A stretch of DNA of 64,000 bases. It comes from the human T2T-CHM13v2.0 reference genome, Homo sapiens. Position numbers and translations under genes: made by a program. Below are positions 1 through 18,964 of the stretch, piece after piece; the stretch's first letter is position 1; the number at the start of each line of letters is the position of its first letter. The notes under the pieces were generated by a model. The model ran no database searches. It saw only the letters and a program-made list of their open reading frames with translations, and had not been told where the DNA came from. The stretch lies in NCBI RefSeq assembly GCF_009914755.1, contig NC_060939.1. One strand, given 5' to 3'.

Positions 1-394
1 TTGAGGTTTCAGGGGGACACTGTTCTACCCATGACAGATGGTGATACCACATTCTTGTTTGCTTACTCTGATGAAGCAAGCTGCCATATTGTGAGCTGCC
101 TTGTGAGACACACATGGCAAGGAACTAATGTTAGCCTGCAGCTCACAACCAGCAAGGAACTGAATCCTCCCAGCAACCACGTGAGTAAGGTGGAAGTAGA
201 TCCTGCCCTAGTCAAGTCTTTAGATGAGACCACTCTCCCAGGAGACACCTTGATTACAGCCTTACAAGAGAATCTGAGCCGGAGGGCCCAGCTAAGCTAC
301 ACCTGGAATCCTGACTCACAGAAACTGAGATAACACATGTTTTAAGCCATTACATTTTAATGCAATTTGTTACACAGCAACAAATAACTAATGT
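1..394 (+). mobile_element. MaLR LTR, MLT1E/F-like, 5' end outside the window
   Basis: Typical MLT1 motifs (gcaagctgccatattgtgag, cagctaagct, cctgactcacagaaactgaga) and the 3' terminus 'tttgttacacagcaa..ataactaat'. Confidence 0.7.
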
Positions 395-1147
395 GTAAAC
401 TGTAGAGCACTGAAAAAGACTGAAGCAGAGCTACAGATGTTGACGGGGAAAAATTAATAATATTGGATGAAAAGGCAAAATTGCACTAAGATGTAGTTTA
501 TGTAAATTTTTTGAATACCCAAAACAATACACTAATGCTCATGTAAAAATAAATAGTAGGAACATTAAAATTCAAATATTCAGGAAGTTTACAAATACTG
601 TGAACTGGCTTGTACAATACTGCCTAGCTTCCTGGTGAACACACAAAGTAGAGAGTGAAAAGCCTTTCTTCCAAACTCCTTTGCACCAAGGTTTTTATAT
701 CTAATTTAGGTTCACTTGTCAGATGGCATTTGTCCAAGACTCTGATTTAGAACTGAGTCATAAATGGAAAAAAGCAAAGGTCCGCATTGGGGCATCAATT
801 TTGAATGTCAGAAATGCCATTCTAGACCCAGCAGCTATAATGACAGCTTCCTGATTGTGGTAGAAACAAGGCTCTGGAGGCACGGCAATAACCATGGCAG
901 CCCAGCCTGAGGTGTGATCTTAAGGAGACTTTCCAGGAAACACAGTCAAGGGTCTTATTTCTTCAGCTCTTGCACTGATAAATCCCTTCAGCTTAAACCA
1001 GCTAGAGGAGTTCTCCAGTCTCAAAATTAAGGACTCTGATCAAGACCAGAAGTATATACTCCAACTTGACAATGGCAGTTACCTATGGAGGCTGGGGAGG
1101 GGTCTGGTGCTGGGAAAACATTCAGAGGGAACTATGTGTATTTTCTA

Positions 1148-1499
<352 letters not shown>

Positions 1500-1572
1500 T
1501 TAATATTTATTAAGTCTAGTGGTGAAGTACATTGATTTTTTAAAGGCAGCTAGGGCCAAGGCAGCTAGGATA

Positions 1573-1712
1573 TTTTTTCTTCTTTTGAGACAGGTCTCTG
1601 TTGCCCAGGCTGGAGTGCAGTGGCGCAATCAGGCTCACTGCAGCCTCTACCTCCCAGGCTCAAACAGTTCTCCCACCTCAGCCTCCTTGAGTAGCTGGGA
1701 CTATAGGCACAT
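1573..1712 (-). mobile_element. Alu right-arm fragment (AluJ/FRAM-like)
   Basis: Reverse-complement Alu 3' arm. Confidence 0.85.
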
Positions 1713-2090
1713 ATTTTAAGCAGAGAAAGTAGTACACAAAACAGAAGCCATATGAAAACACAATTAAAAAATCAACAATAAAAATCAAAATATTTTATGT
1801 GACAAATGACAATATGTCAAAAGCAAGGAAATGTTTATAATTCATTTTATAAAAGCTTACTTCCATAATACTGATTTTTAAAATTTTTATATGAGAAAAT
1901 GAACAGTACGGTAGAAAAAATTTAAAAATGTTATGAACAGAAAGTTTGTAGAAAAACAAAAGGTTCTTAAAGTTTATACTACACTGATAGTAATCAAATG
2001 CAAATTAGAACCAATTTGAGATATTTTTCACCTTTAAGATGAGTAAAGAATAAAAAGTTTGATAATATAGTATGTTAATAAGAATGTGTG

Positions 2091-2451
<361 letters not shown>

Positions 2452-3340
2452 TTACAAATTTGCCAAATCTATCCAAATTGCAAATGTACATGCAGTGTGA
2501 CCTGGCAATTCTACTTCCAGGATTTTAGCCTAAAGATATTTACACGTGGGAAATAATAGTCTACAAAATTATTTATTATTTACTACTTATATTAGTAAAA
2601 GACTGGAAACAAATTGTCTATCATTTAAGAAGAGTAAGTAAACAAGTTACAGGTATGACCATACAACAGAATACTATGCAACTGTAAAAAAGAATGAGGA
2701 GACTTATTTTCCAGATCCGCATGTAAGGAACTTGAAAGTCGCCACTTCATTCTAACAAGTAAAAAGCTAAACAGCCTGAAAAATCAACAGCTCTTCCTAG
2801 ATCTGTAAGAAAGGTGAGGATACAAGTCAAACTGCTGCCCCTAAGATAGGAGAGACCAGCAGGCAAATACAGGAAATTATATCTTACTGGAGCAGAGATT
2901 CATGAGTGGAAACCACCATGGGAACCAGTGCCAGGGTAGAAGAACCTGTCAGTAATTGAAGAATTGGTGGAGGCTCAATGTGGACAGTCTAAGAATTAAA
3001 ACTCCTGGGGAACCCAGTTATAAGGGGTGCCCCCCGCCTGCACTTTCGTGAATTTTACCTCCAAGAGCTTCACAGTTCTCACAGTAAATATAACAGGAAA
3101 ATTCCCTCATACTTCCAGCAAAGAGAGGAGGAAAGCACTGTTTTGTTTATAGCAAAAACACTGCGAATGAATGAAAAGTGCTTTTGATGGGCTCATTAAT
3201 AGGCTGGACATGAATTAGGAGTGAATCTCTCAGCTTGAAGACATGTCAAATAGAAACCTACAAAACTGAAAATTAAAGAGAATAGGACTGAGCAAAATAT
3301 CCAAGGACTATGGAGCTAAAAAGTTGTAATATACATGTTA

Positions 3341-3831
<491 letters not shown>

Positions 3832-3904
3832 CCCAAAAAATGAAAAACACATAGATTAAATGGATGGAGAAAATATACCACACTAACACTAATCAAAAGA
3901 AAGC

Positions 3905-4119
3905 AAGACCATCCTAGACAACATGGTGAAACCCTGTCTCTACTAAAAATACAAAAATTAGCTGGGCGTGGTGTTGCACACCTGTAGTCCCAGCTACTCA
4001 GGGGGACTAAGGCAGGAGAATCGCTTGAACCTGGGAGGCAGAGGTTGCAGTGAGCCAAGAACGCGCCACAGCACTCTAGCCTCATGACAGAGCGAGACTC
4101 TGTCTCAAAAAAAAAAAAA
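3905..4119 (+). mobile_element. 5'-truncated Alu
   Basis: Starts at 'aagaccatcctag'; has right arm and A tail. Confidence 0.9.
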
Positions 4120-4569
4120 GAAAGGAGTAGTTACATTAATTGCAAACAGAGGAGACTTAAAAGCAAGGAAAGTTATCAAGGATAAAGAAGGTCATTAGAT
4201 TATGATAAAGAGATCATTTCTCCAAGACATAATAATCCCTAACATGTATACACCAAACAACATAATATCAAACTACATGAGCCCCAAACTGATAGAACTG
4301 TAAGGAGAAAAGATTAATCCACTATTACACTGGGAGATTGCAACACTCTTTTATCAGAAGTAAACAGATTCAGCTGGCAGAAAATTTAGTAAGGACATAG
4401 TTGAATCCTACAACACTATCAGTCAACTGGATATAACTGACATCTATAGACTAGTTCAGCCAACAACAGCAGATTACCCTTTCTCCTCAACCCCACATGG
4501 AACATTCACCAAGACAGACCATATCCTGGGTTATAAAACACACTTTAACACATTTAAAAAAGGAAATTA

Positions 4570-5190
<621 letters not shown>

Positions 5191-5306
5191 AAAATAAAAA
5201 TCAGACAGTATCTTCTCTCAGAAGACAATGGAATTAACCTGTAATCAATAACAGAAAGACAATTGGAAATATTCAAAATATGTGGAGATTAATGAACATA
5301 CTTCTA

Positions 5307-5607
<301 letters not shown>

Positions 5608-6063
5608 ACACACATAATTAACACATGGGCCAAAGAAGAAACCTCAAGAAATTTTCAAATATTTTAAACTAAATGAAAATTAAAACACAACTTACCAAAA
5701 TTTGTGGCATACAGTGAAAGCAGTGTTTAGAGGGAAGTTTATAGCATTTAATGTGTGTATTAGAAAAGAATACAGTATACAATTAATTATCTAAGCTTCT
5801 ACCTTAGGAAACTGGAAAAAGAACAAATGAAATCCAAAATAAACAGAAGAAATAGTAAAAAATTAGACCAGAAATCAATGATATTAAAAACAGGAAATAA
5901 AGTCAATGAAACCAAAAGCTGGTTCTTGGAGAAGACCACAAAATTGATAAGGCTTTAGCCAGGTTTACTGAGAATAAAAGAAGACACAAATTACTAATAT
6001 CAGAAACAAAAGAGAGGATATCACTACAGATCTCATAGACATTAAAAAGATAAAGGAATACTA

Positions 6064-6466
<403 letters not shown>

Positions 6467-9055
6467 TCAATCTGAATAAGCCTATATCTATTAAAGAAAT
6501 CAATAATTAATAACTTTTCAAAACAGAAAATGCCAGGCTCAAATGGGTTCACTTGTGAATTCTGTTAGACATATAAGGAAGAAATTATACCCTTATTTTA
6601 CAATCTGGTTCAGAAGATCAAAGCAGAAGGGATACTTTATAACTCATTATATGGGGCCAGACTCATACACATACCAGACAAAGACATGGCAAGCAAATGA
6701 CAGACCAATATCTTTCATGAACCTAGATACAAAAATCCTCAACAAAATATTAGCAAATAGAATCCAGCAATGTGTAAAAAGAATTACACTTCACAACCAG
6801 ATAGGATTTATCCCAAGTATGAAAAACCACAGTTATCATACTGAATAGTGAGAAACTAGAAGCTTTCCTGCTAACAACAGGAGCAATGCAAGGAGGTCCC
6901 TGTCACCATTCCTTTTCAACACTGGACTGCAGTCCAGTGCAGAGAAAGGATATACTGAATAAGAAGGAAGAAATAAAACTGTGTTCGCAGATGACATGAT
7001 TACCTATGTAGAAAATCCAAAAGAATAAAAAAACCTGGAATAAGCCATTATGGCAAGGTTACAGAGTACAATGTTAAAAAACAAAAGTCAGTCACTTTCC
7101 TATACCAACAATAAGTAGAATTTGAAATTAAAAACACAATAGTATTTATGTTAGCCCCCCCACCTCAAAATGAAATACTTATATATAAATCTAACAAAAT
7201 ATATACAAGATCTTTATAAGGGAAACTACAAATCTTATATGAAAGAAATCAAAGAAGAGCTGAATAAATGAAGAGCTATTCCATGTTCATAGATAGGAAG
7301 ACTCAATATTGCCAAGATGTAATTTCTTCACAGCTTCATCTAGATTCAATGTAACCACAATCAAAATCCCAGCAAGCTATTTTGTGGATCTTAACAAACT
7401 GATTTTACAGTTTACTGGAGAGGCAAAAGACCCAGAATAGCCAACAGGATACTAAGGGAGAAGAACAAAGTTGGAAGACTGATACTACCTGACTTCAAGA
7501 CTTACTATAAAGCCACAGTATTCAAAAAGATGCAGTAGGGCGAAAGAATAAATAGATCAATGGAACAAAATAGAGTGCCAGAAATAATGGACCCCACATA
7601 AATATAGTCAACTGATATTTGACAAGGGAGCAAAGCAACACAATGAAACAAAGACAGTTTTGTGTTTTTGTTTTTGTTTTTTTTTACTAAATTGTGCTAG
7701 AATTGAACATCCACATACAAAAAAAAAAAAAAAAAGAATCTAGACACAGACCTTACAACCTTCACACAGATTAACTCAAATTGGCTCATAGGCCCAAATA
7801 TAAAATGTAAAACTCCTAGAAGACAGCATAAGAGAAAACCTAGGTGAGCATGGGTATACTGAAAACTTTTTAGATACCACAACAAAGGCACATTCTGTGA
7901 CGGAAATAACTGATCAGCTGGATTCCATTAAAGTTAAAAACCTGCTCTGTAAGAGAATGTGAAGAGGATGAGAAGAAAAGCCACAGACTGGGACAAAATA
8001 TTTGCAAAATGCACATAAAGATCCAAAATATACAAAGCACTCTTAAAACTCAGCAATAAGAAAACAATCTGATATTAAAATGGGTCAAAGATCTTCACAA
8101 AGACTTCACCAGAGAAGATCTACAGATGGCAAATAAGGATATAAAAAGATGCACCACACCATATGTCATCGGGGAAGCACAAGCTAAAACAACAGTGAGA
8201 TACCACTACACACCTGTTAGAATGGCCAGACTCGAGAACACAGACAACACCAAATGCTGATGAGGATGTGAAGCAACAGGACGTCTCATTCATTGCTGGT
8301 GGGAAGGCAAAAATGATACAGCCGCATTGGAAGACAGTTTGGTAGTTTTTCACAAAACTAAATGCAATCTTACCAAATGATCCAATAATCATGTCCTTGG
8401 TATATACCCAAAGGAGCTGAAATTTTATGTTCACATAAAATCCTTCACATGAATGTTTACAATGGCCTTATTCATAATTGCTCAAGCTTGGAAACAACCA
8501 AGATATCCTTCAGTTAGTGAATGGATAAACTGTGATGCATCCAGACAATGGAATTTTATTCAGCACTAAAAAGAATTGAGCTATCAAGGAATGAAGAGAC
8601 ACAGAGGAACCTTTAATGCATATTACTAAGTGAATGAAGCCGATCTGAAAGGGCTACATACTGTACGATTCCAACTATTGACAGCCTGGAAAAGGCAAAA
8701 GTGTAGAGACAGTAAACAGCTTAGTAGTTGCCATGGGGTAAGGGGACACAGAAGCAAAGCACAGCAGATTTTTAGGGCAGTGAAAATACTCTATAATGGT
8801 AGATGCATGTCATTATACATTCGTCCATACCCACAGAATGTACAACAGCAGAGTGAATCCTAATGTAAACTAGGGGCTCTGGGTGATAACGATGTGTCAA
8901 TGTAGGTTCATCAGCTGTAACCAATGTGCCACTCTGCTGGGGGAGTTGCTAATGGGGGACGGCAGAGGGTATGGGGAACACCCATAGTTCAAAAACTTTT
9001 GAAAAGCTTCTTCTCAATTTTGTTGTAAACCTAAAAACTGCCCTTAAAAATCAAG

Positions 9056-9358
9056 TTTTGTTTGTTTGTTTGTTTTTGAGATGGAGTCTCACTCTGTCAC
9101 TCAGGCTGGAGTGCAATGGCGTGATCTTGGCTCAATGCAACCTCCACCTCGCAGGTTCAAGTGATTCTCCTGCCTCAGCCTCCTGAATAGCTGGGACTAC
9201 AGGCACCCGCCACCATGCCCAGCTAATTTTTGTACTTTTAGTAGAGATGGGGTTTCACTATGTTGGCCAGGCTGGTCTCGAACTCCCGACCTCATGATCC
9301 ACCTGCCTTGGCCTCCCACAAGTGCTGGGATTACAGGCATGAGTCACTGCACCTGGCC
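9056..9358 (-). mobile_element. AluS element
   Basis: Reverse-complement dimer with (TTTG)n tail. Confidence 0.95.
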
Positions 9359-9706
9359 TCCAAAATCAACTATTTTTAAAAACCCACAAGCCATGTATCA
9401 TTTTTACAAAATGAGGAAACTCGTGTAGATATGAAAAAAATTACCAAGATATATTTATAAGTGAAAAAGCATAAGCATAATGCAAAATAAGATACACATA
9501 GGCAAGCATTTGTTTAAGTGCTAAATTAGCTTAAAATCATGGAATGTATGCACAAGAAACCAGTAACACAGATTGCCTGTGGGAAGGAAACAGTGACTAG
9601 GAAACATAGTCCCTGTTCCCTACAACAGCGGGGAAACTTTTCCCATATGCTCATTTGTTCCTTTTGAATTTTGAACAGTGCTCCTGAGGAACTTAAAGAT
9701 GTAAAC

Positions 9707-10087
<381 letters not shown>

Positions 10088-10175
10088 CTAAATTGCTCCA
10101 TGAATTTAGCATGAATCCCAATCGAAGAAAAAAATTTAGTCAAGTGATTCTAAAGTTCATATACTACGTGATGGT

Positions 10176-11280
<1,105 letters not shown>

Positions 11281-11316
11281 GAGAAGAAGAGCTAAGAAAA
11301 TTCTGGAAGTAAAGAG

Positions 11317-11693
11317 TGATATGGTTTGGCTGTGTGTCCCCACCCAAATCTCATGTTGGATTAAAATCCCATGTGTCCGGGGAAGGACCTGGTGGGAAGT
11401 GATTGGATCATGGGGTGGATTTCTCCCTCGCTGTTCTCGTGATAGTGGCTGTCACAAGATCTGATGGTGGAAAAGCGTGTGGCATTTCTCCCTTCACTGT
11501 CTCTCCCCTGCTCCGCTATGGTAAGATGTGCTTGCTTCCCCTTCACCTTCCACCATGATTATAAGTTTCCTGAGGCCTCCCACTCATGCTTCCTGTTAAG
11601 CCTGCAGAACTGTGAGTCAATTAAACCTCTTTTTTTTATAAATTACCCAGTCTCATGTAGTTCTTTGTAGCGGTGTGAGAATGAACTAATACA
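11317..11693 (+). mobile_element. MSTA/THE1-type MaLR solo LTR
   Basis: Begins tgatatggtttggctgtg and ends gaactaataca; near-TSD aagag/aaggg. Confidence 0.85.
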
Positions 11694-11940
11694 AAGGGTA
11701 AAAAGAAAGGACTGGCCCTAAGATATGAAAATATAAAGCTGCCATGATTAAAACTGTGAGGCACTGACTTTTTTAGATGAAAAAGTGAAACTGAACAGAG
11801 CCCAGAAATAAATCAAAACACACAGGAAATCAGTATGTGATCAACATACTGATATTCAGTGATATTTCACATCACTGAAAAAAAGATGGATTACTCAATA
11901 AATGGTGTTGGGATGACTGGGTAGGTGTCTAGGAAGTAAA

Positions 11941-12244
<304 letters not shown>

Positions 12245-12739
12245 TAATGTGCCAATGCTTTAAAAGTGAAAGATTAAACATAAAAATATGAGAAGAAACC
12301 ATGAAGAAAATATTTTTATCATCTCAGAGTAGAAAAGGCATGACATAAAACCCAAAGTTCATATAAGAAAAACCTGCTGATTTCACCTATCGTAAAAGAA
12401 AAAAATCTGTTCCAGGCTAGGGCTTGCTTGGGAGGGGAAGGAGGTGTGACATCAGTTGGAGCCCAACAGTAATTCAAATGACAAACAGCAGGGTGGGGAT
12501 GACAGCACAGATTTATGCGTGCTGCTCACAGCAGTGCTGAATCAGGTTGAGAAATTGGAAACAACCACAATACCCAACAATAGGTGAAGAAAGACTCAGT
12601 ATGGTTAAGAAGAAAAATTCAAGATGATTTCCAAAAGGGGTGCTTTTTGCAGCCACTAAAAATAATGATTTAGAAAAACCAATCAGTGAAATGGAGAAAC
12701 GTCAAGACTGTGTTATTCAGTGAAAACACGTCGAACACA

Positions 12740-12832
12740 TATTTCCTTCCACTTTTTTTCCTAATCACATATTGCTTCTGAAGTGTGGAAGGGGAAGCAA
12801 TGTGTGATTAGGAAAAGAAGTGGAAGGAAATA
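12740..12832. repeat. Inverted repeat: 39-bp arms, 15-nt spacer
   Basis: 12740-12778 is the reverse complement of 12794-12832 with 2 mismatches. Confidence 0.95.
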
Positions 12833-12961
12833 CCCTCAGGCATTTTCAGTGGTTCTCTCTGGAGGCTGGGATTACAGGTGATTTATTTCCTACCTTGTGC
12901 TTTTCTGGCTTTCCCCAAACTTTAATCCATTTGATTACTTTTGCAGTTTGTTCTAAGGTTT

Positions 12962-13261
12962 TTTGTTTGTTTGTTTGTTTGTTTGAGGTGGAGTCTTGCT
13001 CTGTTGCCCAGGCTGAAGTGCAGTGACATGATCTCAGCTCACTGCAACCCCTGCTTCCCGAGTTCCAGCAACTCTTCTGCAGCCTCCCGAGTAGCTGGGA
13101 TTCCAGGCACACCACCACACCTTGCTAATTGTTGTATTTTTAATAGAGACAGGGTTTCACCATATTGGTCAGGCTAATCTCGAACTCCTGACCTCAGGTG
13201 ATCCACCCGCCTCAGCCTCCCAAAGTGCTGGGATTACAGGCATGAGCCACTGCACCCAGCC
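12962..13261 (-). mobile_element. AluS element
   Basis: Reverse dimer; TSD tgttctaaggttt (12949-12961 / 13262-13274). Confidence 0.95.
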
Positions 13262-13288
13262 TGTTCTAAGGTTTAAAATCAGAATGAT

Positions 13289-13745
<457 letters not shown>

Positions 13746-14739
13746 CTAGGGTGCCCCTGGGGTCTGTGCTGCGTCTGGCTCCATGCACAGGACACAGGCC
13801 TTGAAATAATCAAGGATGGAGAGGAAGAAGGGGAGAGCCGCACAGCGCAGCAGTACCCTGGGCTGTCAGAGTCCACGCGGCAGCCCTGGAGGAGGTCCAG
13901 GACCCCCAGGGCCACCTGGGGCTGGAAAGCAACAGAGCAACAGTGTCCAGACTTCCCGCCTCCTGGCCCGCACCCTCATCTAGAGCTTCTCATCTTCCAC
14001 TGTGAAGGACAAGGTGAGTGTGCCAGCTAGTGTGTCCCTCAGGGACTTAGGCAGAAAAATGAAATTTTAAATAGAGGCAAAAGTTACCAACCTGGAAAAA
14101 GACCAAGGTTTGTATGCCCACCTCATTTTAGCTGAACCTCAGGAAAAGGTCAAAGAAAAGTAGGAAGCAGTTTTGCTCCCCCATCTTCTTCAAAGAAAGA
14201 AGTAGATGTGGAAGAACTGGCTTCTGTGTCACAAGGAAGCCTTTTCCCCAAGGAATAGGATCAGAAACAATGAGGAAAGGAATTAGTAAAGTCATCAGCT
14301 CACAGCAAGCTCAGGAAGAAGCTGAATAAACTTTTGAACAATTTGTCTCATCCTGCTATAAAAAGAGGAAATTTCAAAAAGTTAAGAACTATCGTGTGTA
14401 TAGAGTTCCACTCTTGTTTACTCCACTTAGATGATCTCAAGTCACCAAGGAAAGAAGCCCATGAATAAGAAAGCAAAGCCCTCCAGCCCCTCACCTAACA
14501 GAGTCTGCAGACCAGCAGCTTTGGTGCCTCCAGGAACTGGCCAGAAACACAGCACCTCATACCCGTGCACACTCATGTCTGAGAAGCGTGGCTTAATGAA
14601 CGTCTTCTTTGCAAAATACACAGGCCCTGCAATGAGGTATTTTCACAAGTCACCCTTCCCATTTCTTCCCATCCCCATTTCACCAAAGCCTGAAACCCCA
14701 CCTGAAAGGCCCCATTTTTGACTAATAGAAAAGAGGCTA

Positions 14740-15480
14740 GACTAATAAAAAAGAGAGAAGACTGAAATTGCTAAAAGCATGAATAAGAGGACATCACTAC
14801 CAACCTTACAAAAATAAAAAGGATTACAAGAGAATATTATAAATAATTGTATGCTAAATATTAGATAACCCAGATAACATAGAAATTCCTAGAAAGATAC
14901 GAATTAATGAAAAGGACTCAATAAGAAATGCTAAACTTGAATAGACCTATAACAAGTGAAGATGGAATTAGTAATAGAAAAATTTCCCATAAAGTAAAGC
15001 CCAGGACCAGGTGGCTTCACCACTGAATTTTATTAAACATTTAAAAAAGAATTAACACCAATCCTTCTCAACATCTTCCTAAAAACAGAAGAGGAGGAAA
15101 CACCTTCCAACTCATTTTGTGAGGCCAGTATTACCCTGATACCAAAATCAGACAAAAATATCACAAGAAAACTACAGATCAATATCTCTCTTATTAATTG
15201 AACATAAAAGTCCTCTATAATATACTAGCAAACTGAATGTAGCAACATGTAAAAATGATTGTACATCACAGCGAGGTGGAACTTAGGAATGCAACATCAG
15301 TTAAGCATACAATAATCAATCAATGTAATACACCACATTGATAAAAAAACAAAACCACACGGTTATCTCAACAGAAAGAATAAAGGCATTTGACAAAATT
15401 TAACACTCTTTCATGATAAAAATTAATAAATAAGCAAATAAATAAGAGGGAACTTCCTCAGCCTGATAAGGAGCATCCAG
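14740..15480 (+). mobile_element. LINE-1 ORF2 fragment
   Basis: 'ccaggaccaggtggcttcaccactgaatt', 'gaggccagtattaccctgataccaaaa', 'aaggcatttgacaaaatt'. Confidence 0.85.
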
Positions 15481-15780
15481 CTGTTTGGGAGCTCTACATA
15501 GGGATGACTGATTAAATCATTGGCCACTGGTGGTCAACTTAACCTTCAGCTTCTCTCCTCTCCCCGCAGGTTGGTGGGTGGAGCTAAAAGCCTCAACCCT
15601 CTAATCATGCCTTGGTCTTTCCTGTAACCAGCCCCTATTTGGAAGCTATAAGGGCCCCAGCCACCAGTCATCTCATTAGCATAGAAGAGACACTCATAAC
15701 TCCAGAGATTCCAAGTGTTTTACAAGTTATATGTCAGGAAACAGGGATGAAGACCATTATATGTATTTCACAATATCACA
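15481..15780 (-). mobile_element. MER21-family LTR fragment
   Basis: Reverse complement of the MER21 core also seen near 10350 ('ccctctaatcatg', 'attggccactggt'). Confidence 0.7.
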
Positions 15781-16027
15781 CAAGGGTTCCATCAACCCAA
15801 AGAAACACTGTACACTGCAAGCCAGAACCCCAAAAAGCTAGTCACATCCTTCCTTCAAATGAGAAATGGTTTGTGATAATGAACATACAGAATGAAAAAA
15901 CAAATCTATTATGAGCCAACCCAGATTACAACCCTTTGATTATTCATAAGAAATGAAAAAAGTGTTTAACTTCTTCTACAAAAGTATTCATTATGTTTAA
16001 TTTATATTTAAAATATTTAAACCATAG

Positions 16028-16598
16028 TGTTACAGGACAGGAAAATATGTTACAGGAAAGGGGTCCCAATCCAGACCCCAGGAGAGGGTTTGGATCTCAT
16101 GCAAGAAAGAATTCAGGGTGAGTCCACAGTGCAAAGTGAAAGCAAGTTTATTAAGAAAGTAAAGGAATAAAAGAATGTCTACTCCATAGACAGACCAGCC
16201 CCGAGGGCTGCTGTTCATCCATTTTTATGGTTATTTCTTGATGATACGCTAAACAAGGGGTGGACTATTCATTCCTCCCCTTTTTAGACCACATAGAGTA
16301 ACTTCCTGATGTTGCCATGGCATTTGTAAACTGTCATGGTGCTGGTGGAGTGTAGCAGTGAGGACAACCAGAGGTCACTCTCATTGCCATTTTGGTTTTG
16401 GTGGGTTTTGGCCGGCTCCTTTACTGCAAACTGTTTTATCAGCAAGGTCTTTATGACCTGTATTTTGTGCTGACCTCCTGTCTCACCCTGTGACTTAAAA
16501 TGCCTTAACCATCTGGGAATGCAGTCCAGTAGGTTTCAGCCTCATTTTGTCCAGCTCCTATTTAAGATGGAATTGCTCTGGTTCACACGCCTGTGACA
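16028..16598 (-). mobile_element. MER41 (MER41A-like) ERV1 solo LTR
   Basis: 'tgttacaggaaaggggtccc..gcaagaaagaattcaggg..gctctggttcacacgcctgtgaca'; 4-bp TSD atag. Confidence 0.85.
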
Positions 16599-16949
16599 AT
16601 AGGGCCCCAAACCTCAAAGAAACCCCTAAAGATTTTCCACTGAAAATAAAATATAAATAAACAAAAATAAAAACAGATAAATTAAAAAGCCCTGGGCTGG
16701 ATTTGATAAAAGACATGAATCTGCAAAACCAAGAGGCTCACCAAATTTCAAGTAAGATAAAAATCAAAGAGACCCACACTCAAACCCATCATAATCAAAC
16801 TGTTGAAAGCCAAAGACAACCTTGAAAGCACCAAGAAGCACCTCATCATGTACAAATTATGCTCAATAAGATTACTCCCAATTTCTCATCAGATATCATG
16901 GAGTCCAGAGGCAACAGGATGACATATTTTAAAGTGCTTAAAGAAACAA

Positions 16950-17069
16950 CTCTACTGACATTTTGGTCTCCAACTTCTAGCCTCCAGAATAGTGAGAAAA
17001 TAAATTTTCTGTTGTTTAAACCACCCAGTCTACAGTATTTTGTTATGGCAGCCCTAGCAAACTAATACT
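16950..17069 (+). mobile_element. MLT1 LTR 3' fragment
   Basis: 'cctccagaatagtgagaaaataaatt..tttgttatggcagccctagcaaactaatac'. Confidence 0.7.
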
Positions 17070-17734
17070 GATGGAAAATGTAAGCCCCACAGTAAAATTT
17101 GATTTTACTGTAGTCTTCTTCACAAAGAAAATACCAGCAGACTATACACAAAGGAAATGAAAAGGGAATCACAATGGTTCACTACTGAAAATTAACAAAA
17201 TACAAAAGGAAAACAAGGGACAAAAAATTATAAGATATATAGAAAACAAATAGCAAAGTGGCAGAAGTCTTTTCTTATCAGTAATTACTTTAAATGTAAA
17301 TAGACGAAACTTTCCAATCAAGACAGAGAATGACAAAATGGGTTTTTAAAAACATGAACCAACTATATGCTGTCTACAAGAAACACACTTTAAATTAAAA
17401 CACACAGGTTGAAAGTGAAAGGATAGAAAAAGATATTCCATGCAGATAGTTCCCAAAAGGGAGCTGGGGTTGCTATACTAATATTGGACAAAACAGGCTT
17501 TATGCCAAAAACTATTACAAGGGACAAGGACATTATATATCAATAAATAATTAATTTATTAATAAGTTGATCATCAAGATTATATAATTATAAGTATATA
17601 TTATATATAATTATATAGTTATAAGCATATATTCACCAAACATCAGAGTTCCAAATGTATGAAGCAAATATTGACAGGAGTGAAGGGAGAAATCATTCTA
17701 CAATAATAGCTGTAGACTTCAATGTCCCACTTTT

Positions 17735-18026
<292 letters not shown>

Positions 18027-18341
18027 AACGTCCCACTTTTAATAACAGATAGAAAATCTAGGCAGAAGATTAAGGATATAGAAAGCATGAACAACACCAT
18101 AAACCAACTAGACCTAAAGACATATATAGAACACTCCACCCAGTAACAGCAGAATATACATTCTTCTCAAGTGTACACAGAAGATTCTCCAAGATAGACC
18201 ATATGTTAGAATACAAATCAAGTCCCAATAAATTTAAAAAGTTTGAAATCATACAAAGTATCTTTTCTGACCACAATGGAATAAATCTAAAAATCAATAA
18301 TAGGCGAAAAAATCCACAAATATATGGTCATTAACCAACAA

Positions 18342-18964
<623 letters not shown>

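Noticed and set aside
13930-14019. Strong + strand donor AAG|GTGAGT near 14013 suggesting an exon
   Set aside because: No convincing acceptor, promoter or partner exon; isolated motifs occur by chance
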